A stretch of 64,000 bases of DNA from Thermoplasmatota archaeon (GCA_025457885.1 JALOTN010000006.1:5635-69634), one strand, 5' to 3'. Positions 36,582-46,904 are shown, counted from the stretch's first letter. Program-made: numbers and translations. Notes: a model not told the origin generated them from the letters alone.

Positions 36582-37700
36582 ATGAAAAAAATCACCCGCT
36601 GGCTCCATGAAAGCTCCTACTGCGGAGCGCTCTCACCAGCCTGCCGCATGTGTGCAAAAGGATCAAAAATGGTCCTCCTCATCACCGGACAGTGTTCCAC
36701 GAACTGCTTCTACTGTCCCCTCAGCTTCAAAAAAGCAGGGACCGATAAGATTTTTGCTGACGAATGGGAACTGAATGACGAACACGACACAAAAAAACTC
36801 ATCAAGGAGGCGGAAAACATCGAAGCCTCTGGTGCAGGAATCACGGGAGGCGATCCACTCATCGTTTGGCAGCGAACAAAGACCTATATTGCGTTGTTAA
36901 AAGAAACATTTGGTGCATCATTCCACATCCACCTCTATACCTCCGCGCTGAAAAACCCAGAACACCTCACTGACCTTATTGCGGCAGGTCTTGATGAAGT
37001 CCGGTTCCACCCGCTCCCCCACACCTGGGCTCATATGCAGAAAAGCCCGATAAAAAAAACAATACAACGCATGGTTGATTCTTCCATCGATGTTGCAATC
37101 GAAATCCCGGTTCTCCCCAAGAAAGAAACAGACATCCTTTCATTGCTCACCTGGGCCAACGAACAAGGCGTTCAGTACATCAACCTAAATGAGCTAGAGT
37201 TCTCCGAACGAAACTGCGATGAATTCCTCAAAAAAGGATACCAGGTGAAAAATGCGATCTCCGCTGCAGTGAAAGGCAGCCAACAGACCGCTGCAATCAT
37301 CATGAAGAAAGCCCAACAAGAAAACCTACAAATCGGGATCCATTACTGCTCTGTCTCATTCAAGGATGGAGTCCAACTCAAGAATCGTCTTATCCGCAGA
37401 GCATCTCATATTGCGACACCCTACGATGTGATTACCGATGAAGGGACCCTCATAAAAGGAGTCATCTACCCAGAAGATCATTCGTTAGCCTCTCTGCTTT
37501 CCGTCTTACAAAAAACACAGATGCTTCCCTCTCGCTTGTTCCGACTTGATTACGAAAAAGAACGCATCGAGATCGCTGCATGGGTACTACAGAAAATCGC
37601 ACCAGCCCTCACCAAACAAGGATTCCGGTGCTTCATCGTCGAGGAATACCCCACCGCAGATCGACTTGAAGTAGAGCGTACACCACTGCCTGCTCGGTGA
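36582..37700 (+). CDS. radical SAM protein (PFL-activase-like, COG2108-type)
   Basis: 372 aa with CSTNCFYCP (CxxxCxxC) at aa ~38 and a glycine-rich SAM motif (ITGGDP). It may be the distant partner of the MEMO1 gene, which is unverified. Confidence 0.6.
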   Translation: MKKITRWLHESSYCGALSPACRMCAKGSKMVLLITGQCSTNCFYCPLSFKKAGTDKIFADEWELNDEHDTKKLIKEAENIEASGAGITGGDPLIVWQRTKTYIALLKETFGASFHIHLYTSALKNPEHLTDLIAAGLDEVRFHPLPHTWAHMQKSPIKKTIQRMVDSSIDVAIEIPVLPKKETDILSLLTWANEQGVQYINLNELEFSERNCDEFLKKGYQVKNAISAAVKGSQQTAAIIMKKAQQENLQIGIHYCSVSFKDGVQLKNRLIRRASHIATPYDVITDEGTLIKGVIYPEDHSLASLLSVLQKTQMLPSRLFRLDYEKERIEIAAWVLQKIAPALTKQGFRCFIVEEYPTADRLEVERTPLPAR

Positions 37701-37786
37701 AAGGTTTTTATATAGGAGCTACATTCCCACCTTACCATTCCCTCAGGGATGGATTCGATGAAAGCTCTCAAAGGAGGCTAAAAAAA

Positions 37787-38158
37787 ATGCCGATGTATGT
37801 ACGATTTCAAGCATCAAAAGAACTGCAAGATTTAGCCTATGAATTGATAGAAAAGGCTCGAGATGGGGGAAAACTAGGGAAAGGCGCTAATGAAGCCACC
37901 AAGTACGTCGAACGAGGCCAGGCAAAACTCGTCATCATGGCCGAGGACGTCACCCCTGAAGAAATCCTTGCACACATGCCACTTCTCTGCGAAGAAAAAA
38001 ACATTCCATACACCTATGTTCCTAGCAAAGAAGAACTTGGGAACGCCGCAGGACTTGGGATCCCAACGAGCGCGATTGCGATCGTCAACCCAGGCCGCGA
38101 GAAAGACCTCGTGGAAAACCTTATTAAAAAACTAGAGACAGAAAAGAAGCAGGGTTAA
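37787..38158 (+). CDS. rpl7ae: ribosomal protein L7Ae
   Basis: 123 aa from the ATG at 37787, preceded by AAGGAGG. The K-turn-binding family pattern GANEATK...VIMAEDV is present. The upstream ATG at 37697 is rejected. Confidence 0.85.
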   Translation: MPMYVRFQASKELQDLAYELIEKARDGGKLGKGANEATKYVERGQAKLVIMAEDVTPEEILAHMPLLCEEKNIPYTYVPSKEELGNAAGLGIPTSAIAIVNPGREKDLVENLIKKLETEKKQG

Positions 38159-38162
38159 GCAT

Positions 38163-38375
38163 ATGGTTATCGAAGGAACCCCTTGTGAAGTCGTTGAAGT
38201 CATCGAACGAACAGGGATGGCTGGTGAAGCGTCTCAAGTCAAAGTCCGTGTCCTTGATGGGCGAGACAAAGGAAAAATCATTACCCGGAACGTCATGGGA
38301 CCCGTTCGACTTGGAGACATCCTGATGTTAAGTGAAACACAACGAGAAGCAAAAAAACTAGGTGGACCACGATAA
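38163..38375 (+). CDS. rps28e: ribosomal protein S28e
   Basis: 70 aa ([16 protein letters not shown]...VRVL...ITRNV). Confidence 0.85.
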   Translation: MVIEGTPCEVVEVIERTGMAGEASQVKVRVLDGRDKGKIITRNVMGPVRLGDILMLSETQREAKKLGGPR

Positions 38376-38388
38376 GAGGGAGACAGGT

Positions 38389-38574
38389 ATGGTCGAGAAA
38401 AGAACATGTTCATTTTGCGGGACAGACATTGAACCAGGAACAGGGAAACTCTTCGTGAAAAAAGATGGCACCTCATTATATTTTTGTAAGATGAAATGCC
38501 AGAAAAACATGTTACATCTGGGTCGTATCCCACGACGGGTACGATGGACGAAAAGTTACCTGAAAAAATCATAA
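38389..38574 (+). CDS. rpl24e: ribosomal protein L24e
   Basis: 61 aa from the ATG at 38389, with a C4 zinc ribbon (CSFCG...CKMKC). Confidence 0.8.
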   Translation: MVEKRTCSFCGTDIEPGTGKLFVKKDGTSLYFCKMKCQKNMLHLGRIPRRVRWTKSYLKKS

Positions 38575-38590
38575 TCGGAACGAAAAAGAA

Positions 38591-39850
38591 ATGCATATCG
38601 AGCTGCCCTATGGGAAAGGGACGCTACCATTGGATGTCCCTGAGAAAAACCTTCTTGAAGTAGCAGTACCAAAAGAATTTATCCAACCACAGCAACCTGA
38701 GCTGATGATTCAAGAGGCGTTAAAAAATCCTTTTGGAACAAAACGACTATCCACCCTTGTCGGAGCAGGAGACACCATTGCGATTGTCATCGATGATTAC
38801 ACTAGACCCTGTCCGACTAAGATGATCCTTCCACCTGTGCTTGCTGAGTTGAAAACCGCTGGCGTCTATGACCTTGACATCCGAATCATCATCGCAACAG
38901 GGACACACACTCCCCCTTCCTCAGATGCCGTTAAGGAACTTGTCGGCGATAAGATTTTCCGCAATTACATGATTCTTTCCAATGATGCCGTACATGGAAC
39001 CCATGTGAATGTTGGAAGAACCAAACGAGGTAACGACATCGAGATTCTCAAGGACTATGTAGAAGCTGATTTTAAAATCCTTCTTGGTGACATCGAATAC
39101 CATTATTTCGCTGGATACGGTGGGACACGAAAAAGCATCCTGCCGGGGATCTCCTCGAAAAATACGATCCAACGGAACCATAGTCTCCTTTTTGAGAAAC
39201 ACTCCTGCATGGGGATGCTTAAGGAAAACCCCATCAACCAGGAGATGAATGAGGCGATGCATCTTGCGGGATGCGATTTCGCCCTCAGTGTCGTACAAAA
39301 TTCCCAGCATCGGATCGTCGGAGCCTGGGCTGGAAAACCAGAGCTTGTAATGGATGCGGGTGTCAAACTCGTCGACACCATGTATAAAAAAGAAATCGCA
39401 GTAGCACCAGATATCATCATCACCGCGGCCAATGGCCATCCCCATGACATCAACCTGTATCAAGCGATGAAAGCCATGCATACCGCGTGTCAGATCATCA
39501 AACCTCATGGCGTTATTATTCTGATCGCTGAATGCCCTCAGCACCATGGTAGCCAACTCTATATCGATTGGATGAGGAACTATAAAACGTCACAAGAGAT
39601 ACAACAAGCGTTGCGTAAGAATTTCATTATTGGTGCTCATAAAGCGTTTTACCATCGGGTGACCATCGAGAACCATCCGGTGTTTTTTATCTCAGAGATG
39701 AACACACCAGATGTAACGGAACTATTTGGTTTTAGAAAAGAAAAAACACCGAATGATGCCTTAGCACATGCATTGAAGATTTCTGGGGAGGATTCCAAAG
39801 TTCTCGTCGTCCCACAGGGGACAACAACGTTCTTACGTATTCAACAATAA
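38591..39850 (+). CDS. larA: LarA-family nickel-pincer-nucleotide-dependent racemase/epimerase homologue
   Basis: 419 aa aligning with lactate racemase LarA: DDYTRPCP (DHTRP), IIATGTHTP (His), YHYFAGYGGTRKSILPGI (the NPN-binding Lys in GGRKS), and RNHS (His). Confidence 0.7.
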   Translation: MHIELPYGKGTLPLDVPEKNLLEVAVPKEFIQPQQPELMIQEALKNPFGTKRLSTLVGAGDTIAIVIDDYTRPCPTKMILPPVLAELKTAGVYDLDIRIIIATGTHTPPSSDAVKELVGDKIFRNYMILSNDAVHGTHVNVGRTKRGNDIEILKDYVEADFKILLGDIEYHYFAGYGGTRKSILPGISSKNTIQRNHSLLFEKHSCMGMLKENPINQEMNEAMHLAGCDFALSVVQNSQHRIVGAWAGKPELVMDAGVKLVDTMYKKEIAVAPDIIITAANGHPHDINLYQAMKAMHTACQIIKPHGVIILIAECPQHHGSQLYIDWMRNYKTSQEIQQALRKNFIIGAHKAFYHRVTIENHPVFFISEMNTPDVTELFGFRKEKTPNDALAHALKISGEDSKVLVVPQGTTTFLRIQQ

Positions 39851-40034
39851 AATTTTGATGTTTTTTTCAACAAAAATGAAGAATCATTTTTCCGAATACT
39901 ATCTTATTCGTTCCAAAAACGTTTTTACAGGGAAAAAGTAACAGATACTCGATATGTATTTAGAGGAAAAAATATATAGAAAGTTTTATTAGTAATGACA
40001 CCTATGTACAATTGTTGTGTTATGGGGGAATCCT

Positions 40035-42152
40035 ATGCATAAAATAATAAAAATTGGTTTAATTATTGGTATTACTATCGCTTTTTTAACGCCAGTATCG
40101 TTAGTTATCGCTGATGATATTGAACCACCGGTCATCACCTCTATCCTCTATACACCCCATGCTGGTGTACGGACTGACCCTGGTTTCTTCTTATACCAAT
40201 CCTGCATTGTCACTGATAATGTCAGTGTCGCTGATGTGAAAATCAACATGACTGGACCAGCGGGATTTACTCCGATAAACACTACCATGACCAATGCAGG
40301 CGGGGGCAACTACTCCTATCAAGTCGATCCTGTTACCTTTTCAGGAACTTACACCTTTTTCATCTGGGCTATTGACACCTCAAACAACACTGCTCAATCA
40401 AGTCTCTATCATATGCTTGTGTTCGAAAATTATCTTCCTTATATTCATGTCGATGGGAATAACACCGTAGGCCCCTGGAATGGGACTGAGGAATATCCGT
40501 TACAGTTCATCAGTGATGCACTCGCGGTGCTTGCCGAGAACGGGACGATCTTTTTACATGCGGGAGTGTATCAGAACACGTCAATCTCTCTTGAAAAAAA
40601 CATGGTTCTCCTAGGTGAAAACCAACAGACCACTATTCTTGACGGCGCAGGGTTGACTGCGATTGAAATCAACGGGAATTATCTGGTCACCATTTCACAA
40701 CTGACGATTCAAAATGCAGGCATTGGAATCTCATTATTTAATGGAACGAATGCGACGATCTCCTCGTGTATCTTCACAAACAATCTCATCAGTGGCATCG
40801 ATCTTTATGAGTATCATAACCTCCTGGTTACGGATTGTGTTTTTCTTGATAACGCAAAAGCGATTCAGCTGACGAATGCGACGGACAATAAGATTTATCA
40901 TAACAACTTCATCAACAATCTTGTTCATGTTTCATGTCACCTCGATACCTCCTACAACATATGGGATAATGGAGTGACTGGGAACTACTGGGATAATTAT
41001 CGGTTGCTGTATCCCGCAGCCGACATCGACCCGTCAACAGGTACTTGGGACACTGCGTATGTGGTCAACGTCTCAGGGATCAATATCGATAATCACCCCT
41101 GGGTCTACCCTTCAGGATATATTGATACGATTCCACCACAGGTGACGGTTCTTTTCCCGAACGGGGGAGAAACCCTCTATGGAGAAATCACTATTCAATG
41201 GACTGCAACTGATGATCAAACCCTGGATTTGGACGGATCCATCCTCCTTGAATACAGCGCTGATAACGGCGCTAGTTGGAATACTATAGCTGCCCAGTTG
41301 AACAACACCGGGTCATATCTTTGGAACACCAGCCTTGTCTCCGATGGAGGCCTGTATCTTATTGCAGTGACTGCGATTGATGAGTTCTACAACGTTGGCA
41401 CAGATCGATCTGATGCAGTGTTCATCATCAATAACTTTGCCATGGAAACACCTGAGATCACTGGTCCTTTCCAGGGGGGAAATGGGATTCCCTTCAGCTT
41501 TACTGCTGTGGCGTATCATCCTGGTGGTGAACAGATTTACTATATCTGGGACTGGGGGGATGGCAACATTAGTGAATGGTATGGTCCGTACAACTCCAGT
41601 GTGCCGATGACGATAACGAACATCTGGGCAAATGACGGAGTCTATGATGTCCGGGTCAAAGCACGATACTCTGGTGGGAGCGAAAGCAACTGGTCCACGG
41701 TTCATCCCATGGTCGTTGCGGAACAGATTAATTTCTCCAATGTAAAACTAGGGACTATCTACTTTAAATTGTTCAATTTCAACCGTTCATTTATTTTCTC
41801 TGAATTCCTTGCTCGTATTGGGATGGTATTTATCCTTACTACCCATGAAATGGAGTTACAGGGTTATGCAACTGATGTAGTCAAAAAAGTGGACTTTCTT
41901 GCAGAAAACCAATTGAAGATTGAGACGGGGCAATTCACTGATGATGACGGCTCCGATGGGTTCTCCTGTGTGTTGAATGTAACCCGAGGAGCATATATCC
42001 TGAATATCACTGCCTATGATGCCAATGGAACCTTAGTCGATAAATATAGCCTCTTTACTGTCTTCTTCATCCGAATCGGGCGGTATGCCACAGGACTTGG
42101 CGGCGAGGGTCGCTTGCAGCGTCTCCAGGATATCCCCCGATTACGCGATTAA
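40035..42152 (+). CDS. secreted right-handed beta-helix (NosD/pectin-lyase-like) protein with PKD module
   Basis: Signal peptide present, with a GGGGG RBS before the ATG at 40035. Parallel beta-helix repeats (ISSCIFTNNLISGIDL..., CVFLDNAKAIQL, YHNNFINN) and the PKD module YYIWDWGDGNISEWYGPY...DGVYDVRVKARYSGGSESNWS. Confidence 0.6.
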   Translation: MHKIIKIGLIIGITIAFLTPVSLVIADDIEPPVITSILYTPHAGVRTDPGFFLYQSCIVTDNVSVADVKINMTGPAGFTPINTTMTNAGGGNYSYQVDPVTFSGTYTFFIWAIDTSNNTAQSSLYHMLVFENYLPYIHVDGNNTVGPWNGTEEYPLQFISDALAVLAENGTIFLHAGVYQNTSISLEKNMVLLGENQQTTILDGAGLTAIEINGNYLVTISQLTIQNAGIGISLFNGTNATISSCIFTNNLISGIDLYEYHNLLVTDCVFLDNAKAIQLTNATDNKIYHNNFINNLVHVSCHLDTSYNIWDNGVTGNYWDNYRLLYPAADIDPSTGTWDTAYVVNVSGINIDNHPWVYPSGYIDTIPPQVTVLFPNGGETLYGEITIQWTATDDQTLDLDGSILLEYSADNGASWNTIAAQLNNTGSYLWNTSLVSDGGLYLIAVTAIDEFYNVGTDRSDAVFIINNFAMETPEITGPFQGGNGIPFSFTAVAYHPGGEQIYYIWDWGDGNISEWYGPYNSSVPMTITNIWANDGVYDVRVKARYSGGSESNWSTVHPMVVAEQINFSNVKLGTIYFKLFNFNRSFIFSEFLARIGMVFILTTHEMELQGYATDVVKKVDFLAENQLKIETGQFTDDDGSDGFSCVLNVTRGAYILNITAYDANGTLVDKYSLFTVFFIRIGRYATGLGGEGRLQRLQDIPRLRD

Positions 42153-42253
42153 AGAAGAATATTTAAATAGTAAGAAATCGAACATACCTATGAAGGAGAA
42201 ATGAGAATCATCCTCTTGTGGATGAAATGATAAAAAATAATATGAGGGATTAT

Positions 42254-43318
42254 ATGAAGAAAAAATATGTTAATATTCTTGTCTGTGTCGGAATGCTGTT
42301 GGCAACCTTCACTAGTTTCGGTTACCCCACTGCATCGGCACAACCTCCTGCCGTGCCTAGCGAACCAATCCCATCACCAGGGTCAAGCAGTGTCACCGTG
42401 TTTGTGGACCTGGAATGGGCTGGTGGTGAGCAGAACGTATCCTTTGATATCTATTTTGGTGTTGAAAACCCACCACCATTGGTCTTAACTGACGTCCTAG
42501 AGCCGAAGTATGAACCTGAGCGTCTTTTGTTGAACACGACGTATTACTGGCAGATTGTTTCTCATAACAGTCTCTATGAATACACCACGGGACCCATCTG
42601 GAATTTCACCACTGCGGGGAATCAACCGCCATTCAAACCAACGGTCCTTGATGGGCCTCAGAACGCTGGGAAAAATATACCCTTGGAGTTCGTGACCGTC
42701 GCCCCTGATCCGGAGGGAGACAAAGTCATGTATCAATGGGACTGGGGGGACGGCAACGTCAGTGACTGGTACGGTCCGTATGAATTCGGTGAGCAAACTA
42801 CGACAACCCATCAATGGGTTGAAAATGGAACCTATGAGGTAAAAGTACGGGCACGAGATGATTCCGGCAAACAGAGCGGCTGGTCAAAGGCTTATAATGT
42901 GACTATCCAACCTCAAGTCGAGTTATCAAACTGTAAACCAGGGTACCTTTACTTTGTGTTCTTAACCTTTGACAAAACCTATGGATATATTTACTCACTG
43001 GATCTCCTAGGTATATCCCTGATCATAAGCACCGGTGGGATGCGGGTCAATGCCATTGGCTCTGATTCTGTTCACTCCGTGGTTTTCCAGATGCAGAATA
43101 AATTTTTAGAGGACCAACGATGGAATGCGACCTCCATCAATGAAACCGGAACTGTGTATGAGGGGTACTTCTACCTCAACGACGGTCTGTATGAGACCTC
43201 CGCGTATGCCTACGACAGCGCGGGTCGCTTGATTGACCGAGCATCCCGTCAGTACGTCATCTACTATGAGTGGAAGTTCATCTTGCTTAAACAACTCCTG
43301 GGTCTTGGTGCAACCTAA
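42254..43318 (+). CDS. secreted PKD-module protein (paralogous C-terminal architecture to upstream gene)
   Basis: Signal peptide present, with a GAGGGA RBS before the ATG at 42254. PKD module MYQWDWGDGNVSDWYGPY...GTYEVKVRARDDSGKQSGWS. Its C-terminal LYFxFLxF domain resembles that of 40035..42152. Confidence 0.55.
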   Translation: MKKKYVNILVCVGMLLATFTSFGYPTASAQPPAVPSEPIPSPGSSSVTVFVDLEWAGGEQNVSFDIYFGVENPPPLVLTDVLEPKYEPERLLLNTTYYWQIVSHNSLYEYTTGPIWNFTTAGNQPPFKPTVLDGPQNAGKNIPLEFVTVAPDPEGDKVMYQWDWGDGNVSDWYGPYEFGEQTTTTHQWVENGTYEVKVRARDDSGKQSGWSKAYNVTIQPQVELSNCKPGYLYFVFLTFDKTYGYIYSLDLLGISLIISTGGMRVNAIGSDSVHSVVFQMQNKFLEDQRWNATSINETGTVYEGYFYLNDGLYETSAYAYDSAGRLIDRASRQYVIYYEWKFILLKQLLGLGAT

Positions 43319-43374
43319 GATACCAAGAGAGAACCACTCGATGGATCGACTCCCCTACTGGAGTCTTTCCCCTG

Positions 43375-43394
43375 TTTTTTTTTTAAAAAAAAAT
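43375..43394 (+). repeat. perfect T10A10 palindrome (bidirectional oligo-T terminator-like)
   Basis: TTTTTTTTTTAAAAAAAAAA lies 57 nt after the stop of 42254..43318. Confidence 0.5.
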
Positions 43395-43454
43395 TGAGAC
43401 CGCTGAGAATTCTTATAGGCTTAAATACCTTAGTGTGATTCCTTTCATCATTAA

Positions 43455-43973
43455 TTGGGGGTGAAATCGATCGATGAGGTAACAATAAAAATCATCGCGA
43501 TAGAAAAAAACGATGATGTGAATTTCATTTTCGGACAAACACATTTCATCAAAACCGTTGAAGACCTGTACGAGGCGATGAAAAATACGGTTCCCAACGG
43601 AAAGTTCGGTATCGCGTTTTGCGAAGCCAGTGGAGCCTGTAAGATCCGCAGCGAGGGCAACGATGCCGCTTTACAGAAACTTGCGGAGAAAAACGCCCAA
43701 AACATCGGAGCAGGACATACCTTTCTGATTTTCATGAAGGACTGTTATCCTCTGAATGTGCTTAATGCCATCAAAAACGTCCCTGAGGTCTGCAATATTT
43801 TCTGTGCAACTGCAAATCCAACCAAGGTCGTGGTGGCCGAATCAAAACTCGGCTCAGGAACTGGTCGAGGCATCCTTGGTGTCATCGACGGATTCATCCC
43901 CACCGGTGTAGAGACCACTGAGGAGATAGCCTGGCGGAAGAACTTCCTACGGCAGATTGGTTATAAACTCTAA
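43455..43973 (+). CDS. conserved archaeal protein, possibly adenosine-specific-kinase family (PF04008-like)
   Basis: 172 aa with conserved-looking blocks (FIFGQTHFIKTVEDL, FCEASG, GAGHTFLIF, EVCNIFCATANP, GILGVIDG, QIGYKL). Assigned from memory of the family consensus. It starts at TTG or GTG. Confidence 0.35.
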   Translation: MGVKSIDEVTIKIIAIEKNDDVNFIFGQTHFIKTVEDLYEAMKNTVPNGKFGIAFCEASGACKIRSEGNDAALQKLAEKNAQNIGAGHTFLIFMKDCYPLNVLNAIKNVPEVCNIFCATANPTKVVVAESKLGSGTGRGILGVIDGFIPTGVETTEEIAWRKNFLRQIGYKL

Positions 43974-44614
43974 CGGTCATGGCCGTGTTTTCCAACCAGC
44001 GGCACAAACACACATCCACCCAGATTTCGGATTGTTTGTTTTTGATGCTCTTTTGTAAGAAGGGTAAGGTCACAGTACATATCACCGACTGGGACAAGGA
44101 GTTTTCCTGGGTCTTGTAATTGATCAATCAACGGTTGTGGAATGCGAGGGGCGGCACAAGTGACATAGATCCGATCATAGGACTGATGCGCAGGAAGCCC
44201 GCAGGATCCATCACCGACTTCCACCACCACGTTAGAACAATGGATCTGCTCAAGGTTCTGTTTAGCGGTCGCTGCCAGCGTCTGAAATCGTTCGATGGTA
44301 TACACCATGCCGGTGTTCCCAACAATGTGTGCTACGATTGCGGCATGATACCCAGAACCTGTACCAACCTCTAAAATTCTCTGGCCCTTGTGGAGGTCCA
44401 ATGCCTCACACATGATTGCGACCATATGAGGAGCCGAGATCGTCTGACCATTCCCAATGTCCAAGGGGGTGTCCACATATGCATAGGTCTTGAGAGCCTC
44501 TGGGACGAAGACTTCTCGGGGAACGTCTCGGAAAGCCTGGATCACTGCATCGGTGTGAAGATACCCTTCCGTGTGCAGTTGATTGACCAGTCGGTCTCGT
44601 TCTTGTTCAAACAT
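43970..44614 (-). CDS. pcm: protein-L-isoaspartate O-methyltransferase
   Basis: 214 aa from the internal ATG at 44614 (table ORF to 44662), matching archaeal PIMT length. Motifs include QTISAPHMVAIM, the SAM motif LEVGTGSGY, and GDG. Confidence 0.8.
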   Translation of the reverse strand: MFEQERDRLVNQLHTEGYLHTDAVIQAFRDVPREVFVPEALKTYAYVDTPLDIGNGQTISAPHMVAIMCEALDLHKGQRILEVGTGSGYHAAIVAHIVGNTGMVYTIERFQTLAATAKQNLEQIHCSNVVVEVGDGSCGLPAHQSYDRIYVTCAAPRIPQPLIDQLQDPGKLLVPVGDMYCDLTLLTKEHQKQTIRNLGGCVFVPLVGKHGHDR

Positions 44615-44701
44615 ATGATACTCTTTGAGTAAATGATCAAGATATATATCACCTTGCACCATTTATTTTTTATACCAAGAATCTATTTTCAGCCTTCTAT
44701 T

Positions 44702-45640
44702 ATGAAGAAACGACTGGTCATAGCGCTTGGTGGAAACGCGTTAATAAAAAAAGGTCAGAAAGGCACTATTTACGAGCAGTTCGCAAACACCCGTGAGAGC
44801 TGTCGATCGATCGTCCGGATGATCAAAGAAGGCTGGGATGTCGTCATCACCCATGGAAACGGTCCTCAAGTAGGAGCCCTTGTGCTTCAAAACCAAGCAG
44901 CAAAAGACATCACCCCGGAGATGCCTCTGGGGATCTGCGTCGCTGAAAGCGAAGGATTAATCGGTTATATGATCCAGCAATGCCTCTCCAATGAGCTGAA
45001 ACGAGAGCAACTGGAAAGACCGGTTATCGCCCTTATCACCCAAGTGATTGTTGATCCAAAGGATCCTTCGTTAGAAAACCCCACGAAACCGATCGGTCCG
45101 TATTATAATGAGGAGGAATCCCTTCGTATGCTTCACGAGGGGTACCATATGACTCGTTTACCCCGAGGCTGGAGGATTGTCGTACCCTCCCCAGACCCGA
45201 TCCGCATCGTCGAAGGTGATATCATCCGCAAGATGCTCGATGATGATATCATTGTCATCGCCTCCGGGGGTGGAGGGATGCCGGTCATCGAGAAAGAAGG
45301 CTGGGGCTTGGACGGTCTTGAAGCAGTAGTCGATAAGGATCTTGCCGCGGAACGACTCGCTGAGGCGGTCGGAGCTCAAGTCCTGCTCATCTTAACCGAT
45401 GTCGAAAAAGTGTATCTTCACTATAACACCCCTTCACAAGAACCCCTGCAGAAGGTCACCTATGATCAGATGAAACAATACTATCTTGATGGGGAATTCC
45501 CTGAAGGGAACATGGGGCCAAAGATCCTAGCAGCCTTGCGTTTCCTAGAATATGGTGGAGAACGCGTCATCATCTCAAACATCGAACAAGGCTGGGAGGC
45601 TCTTGAGGGAAAAACCGGCACCTTAATTGTCCCTAAATAA
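44702..45640 (+). CDS. arcC: carbamate kinase
   Basis: 312 aa from the ATG at 44702, with MKKRLVIALGGNAL and ITHGNGPQVG. Confidence 0.8.
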   Translation: MKKRLVIALGGNALIKKGQKGTIYEQFANTRESCRSIVRMIKEGWDVVITHGNGPQVGALVLQNQAAKDITPEMPLGICVAESEGLIGYMIQQCLSNELKREQLERPVIALITQVIVDPKDPSLENPTKPIGPYYNEEESLRMLHEGYHMTRLPRGWRIVVPSPDPIRIVEGDIIRKMLDDDIIVIASGGGGMPVIEKEGWGLDGLEAVVDKDLAAERLAEAVGAQVLLILTDVEKVYLHYNTPSQEPLQKVTYDQMKQYYLDGEFPEGNMGPKILAALRFLEYGGERVIISNIEQGWEALEGKTGTLIVPK

Positions 45641-45700
45641 GCCGAGGGTCTCTACACGTGTTTTTTATAAGCCTTCAATGCATATACCGCAGGTAACCCC

Positions 45701-46810
45701 ATGGATACCTCAATAGAAAAACAAATCAAAGAAATAGAAGATGAGATTTTCAAGACTCAGAAAAACAAAGCCACTGAGCATCATATCGGGAAACTCAAAG
45801 CAAAAATGGCGCGTCTTCGGGAGATGGGTGAGAAGCGAAAAAGCTCAGGCCAGAAAGGAAAAGGCTTCTCCATTAAAAAATCTGGGGATGCGACCGTCGG
45901 CATCGTCGGGTTCCCCAGTGTTGGGAAAAGCACGCTTTTAAATCAGCTCACCGCGGCGGACAGCAAAGTCGGAGATTACGATTTCACAACCTTAGAAACT
46001 ATCCCGGGGATGCTGAAATACAAGGGGGCGGAAATTCAAATCCTAGACCTCCCTGGTCTCATCGTTGGTGCATCCAAGGGGAGAGGCCGGGGGCGAGAAG
46101 TCATCTCAGCGGTCCGCAGCGTTGATCTGCTTCTCTTGATGATCGATGCATTTGACCTGCACTATCTCAACCTCATCGAAAAAGAGCTTCAGGTGGCAGG
46201 GGTGCGGATGAATCAGAAGAAACCAGAGGTCGTCATCACAAAAAAATCATATGGAGGGATAGTGGTGAACTCCACGGTTCCCCTTACGTATCTGAACGAG
46301 CTGCTTGTGAAATCCATCGCCTCTGAGTTTGTCATCAATGCAGATATCACCCTGCGGGAGGACCTCACTGAGGATCAACTCATTGATACATTTGCGCAAA
46401 ACCGGGTGTATATCCCTGCGTTGGTCGTCATCAATAAAACAGACTTAGTCGCTCCTGAGGTGTTAAAGTCCATGGTCACTCAACTGCATCAACGTCGATG
46501 GGACGTTTGTGCTATCTCTGCGAAAAACAAGCAGAACCTTGATCATCTGAAGGAACAGATTTTTTTGCATTTACGGCTCATCCGAATTTTTATGAAACCG
46601 GTGGGAAAGAAAGCTGACTATATGCAACCAATGATTCTGCGTGAAGGCGAGACGGTTGGTGACGCCTGTCGACATATCCATCGTGATTTCCATCGGAACT
46701 TCCGGTACGCCTCCGTCTGGGGTCCGTCTGCGAAACATGCAGGGCAAAAGGTAGGCCTTGAACACGTCCTGAAGGATCAGGATGTCCTGACGATCGTCGT
46801 GACAAAATAA
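45701..46810 (+). CDS. developmentally regulated GTP-binding protein (Obg/DRG family, TGS C-terminal domain)
   Basis: G1 GFPSVGKST, G3 DLPG, G4 NKTD, and a C-terminal TGS-like segment. Confidence 0.75.
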   Translation: MDTSIEKQIKEIEDEIFKTQKNKATEHHIGKLKAKMARLREMGEKRKSSGQKGKGFSIKKSGDATVGIVGFPSVGKSTLLNQLTAADSKVGDYDFTTLETIPGMLKYKGAEIQILDLPGLIVGASKGRGRGREVISAVRSVDLLLLMIDAFDLHYLNLIEKELQVAGVRMNQKKPEVVITKKSYGGIVVNSTVPLTYLNELLVKSIASEFVINADITLREDLTEDQLIDTFAQNRVYIPALVVINKTDLVAPEVLKSMVTQLHQRRWDVCAISAKNKQNLDHLKEQIFLHLRLIRIFMKPVGKKADYMQPMILREGETVGDACRHIHRDFHRNFRYASVWGPSAKHAGQKVGLEHVLKDQDVLTIVVTK

Positions 46811-46904
46811 AAACGAGTTCCTTCTATGGTTTTTTTTTATGTGATGGAAAGCTTATTTATTTGCCTTCCTGATTACCCCCTGTCGATGAGACAACAGGTG
46901 ATGA

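Noticed and set aside
37697-37786. ATG at 37697 (ATGA overlap with the radical-SAM stop) as the L7Ae start, giving a 153-aa product
   Set aside because: L7Ae is about 120 aa. The extra 30 N-terminal residues have no counterpart, and a perfect AAGGAGG RBS precedes the internal ATG at 37787.
38921-39556. 211-aa and 116-aa minus-strand ORFs
   Set aside because: They are antisense to the LarA homologue, whose alignment to LarA catalytic motifs is strong.
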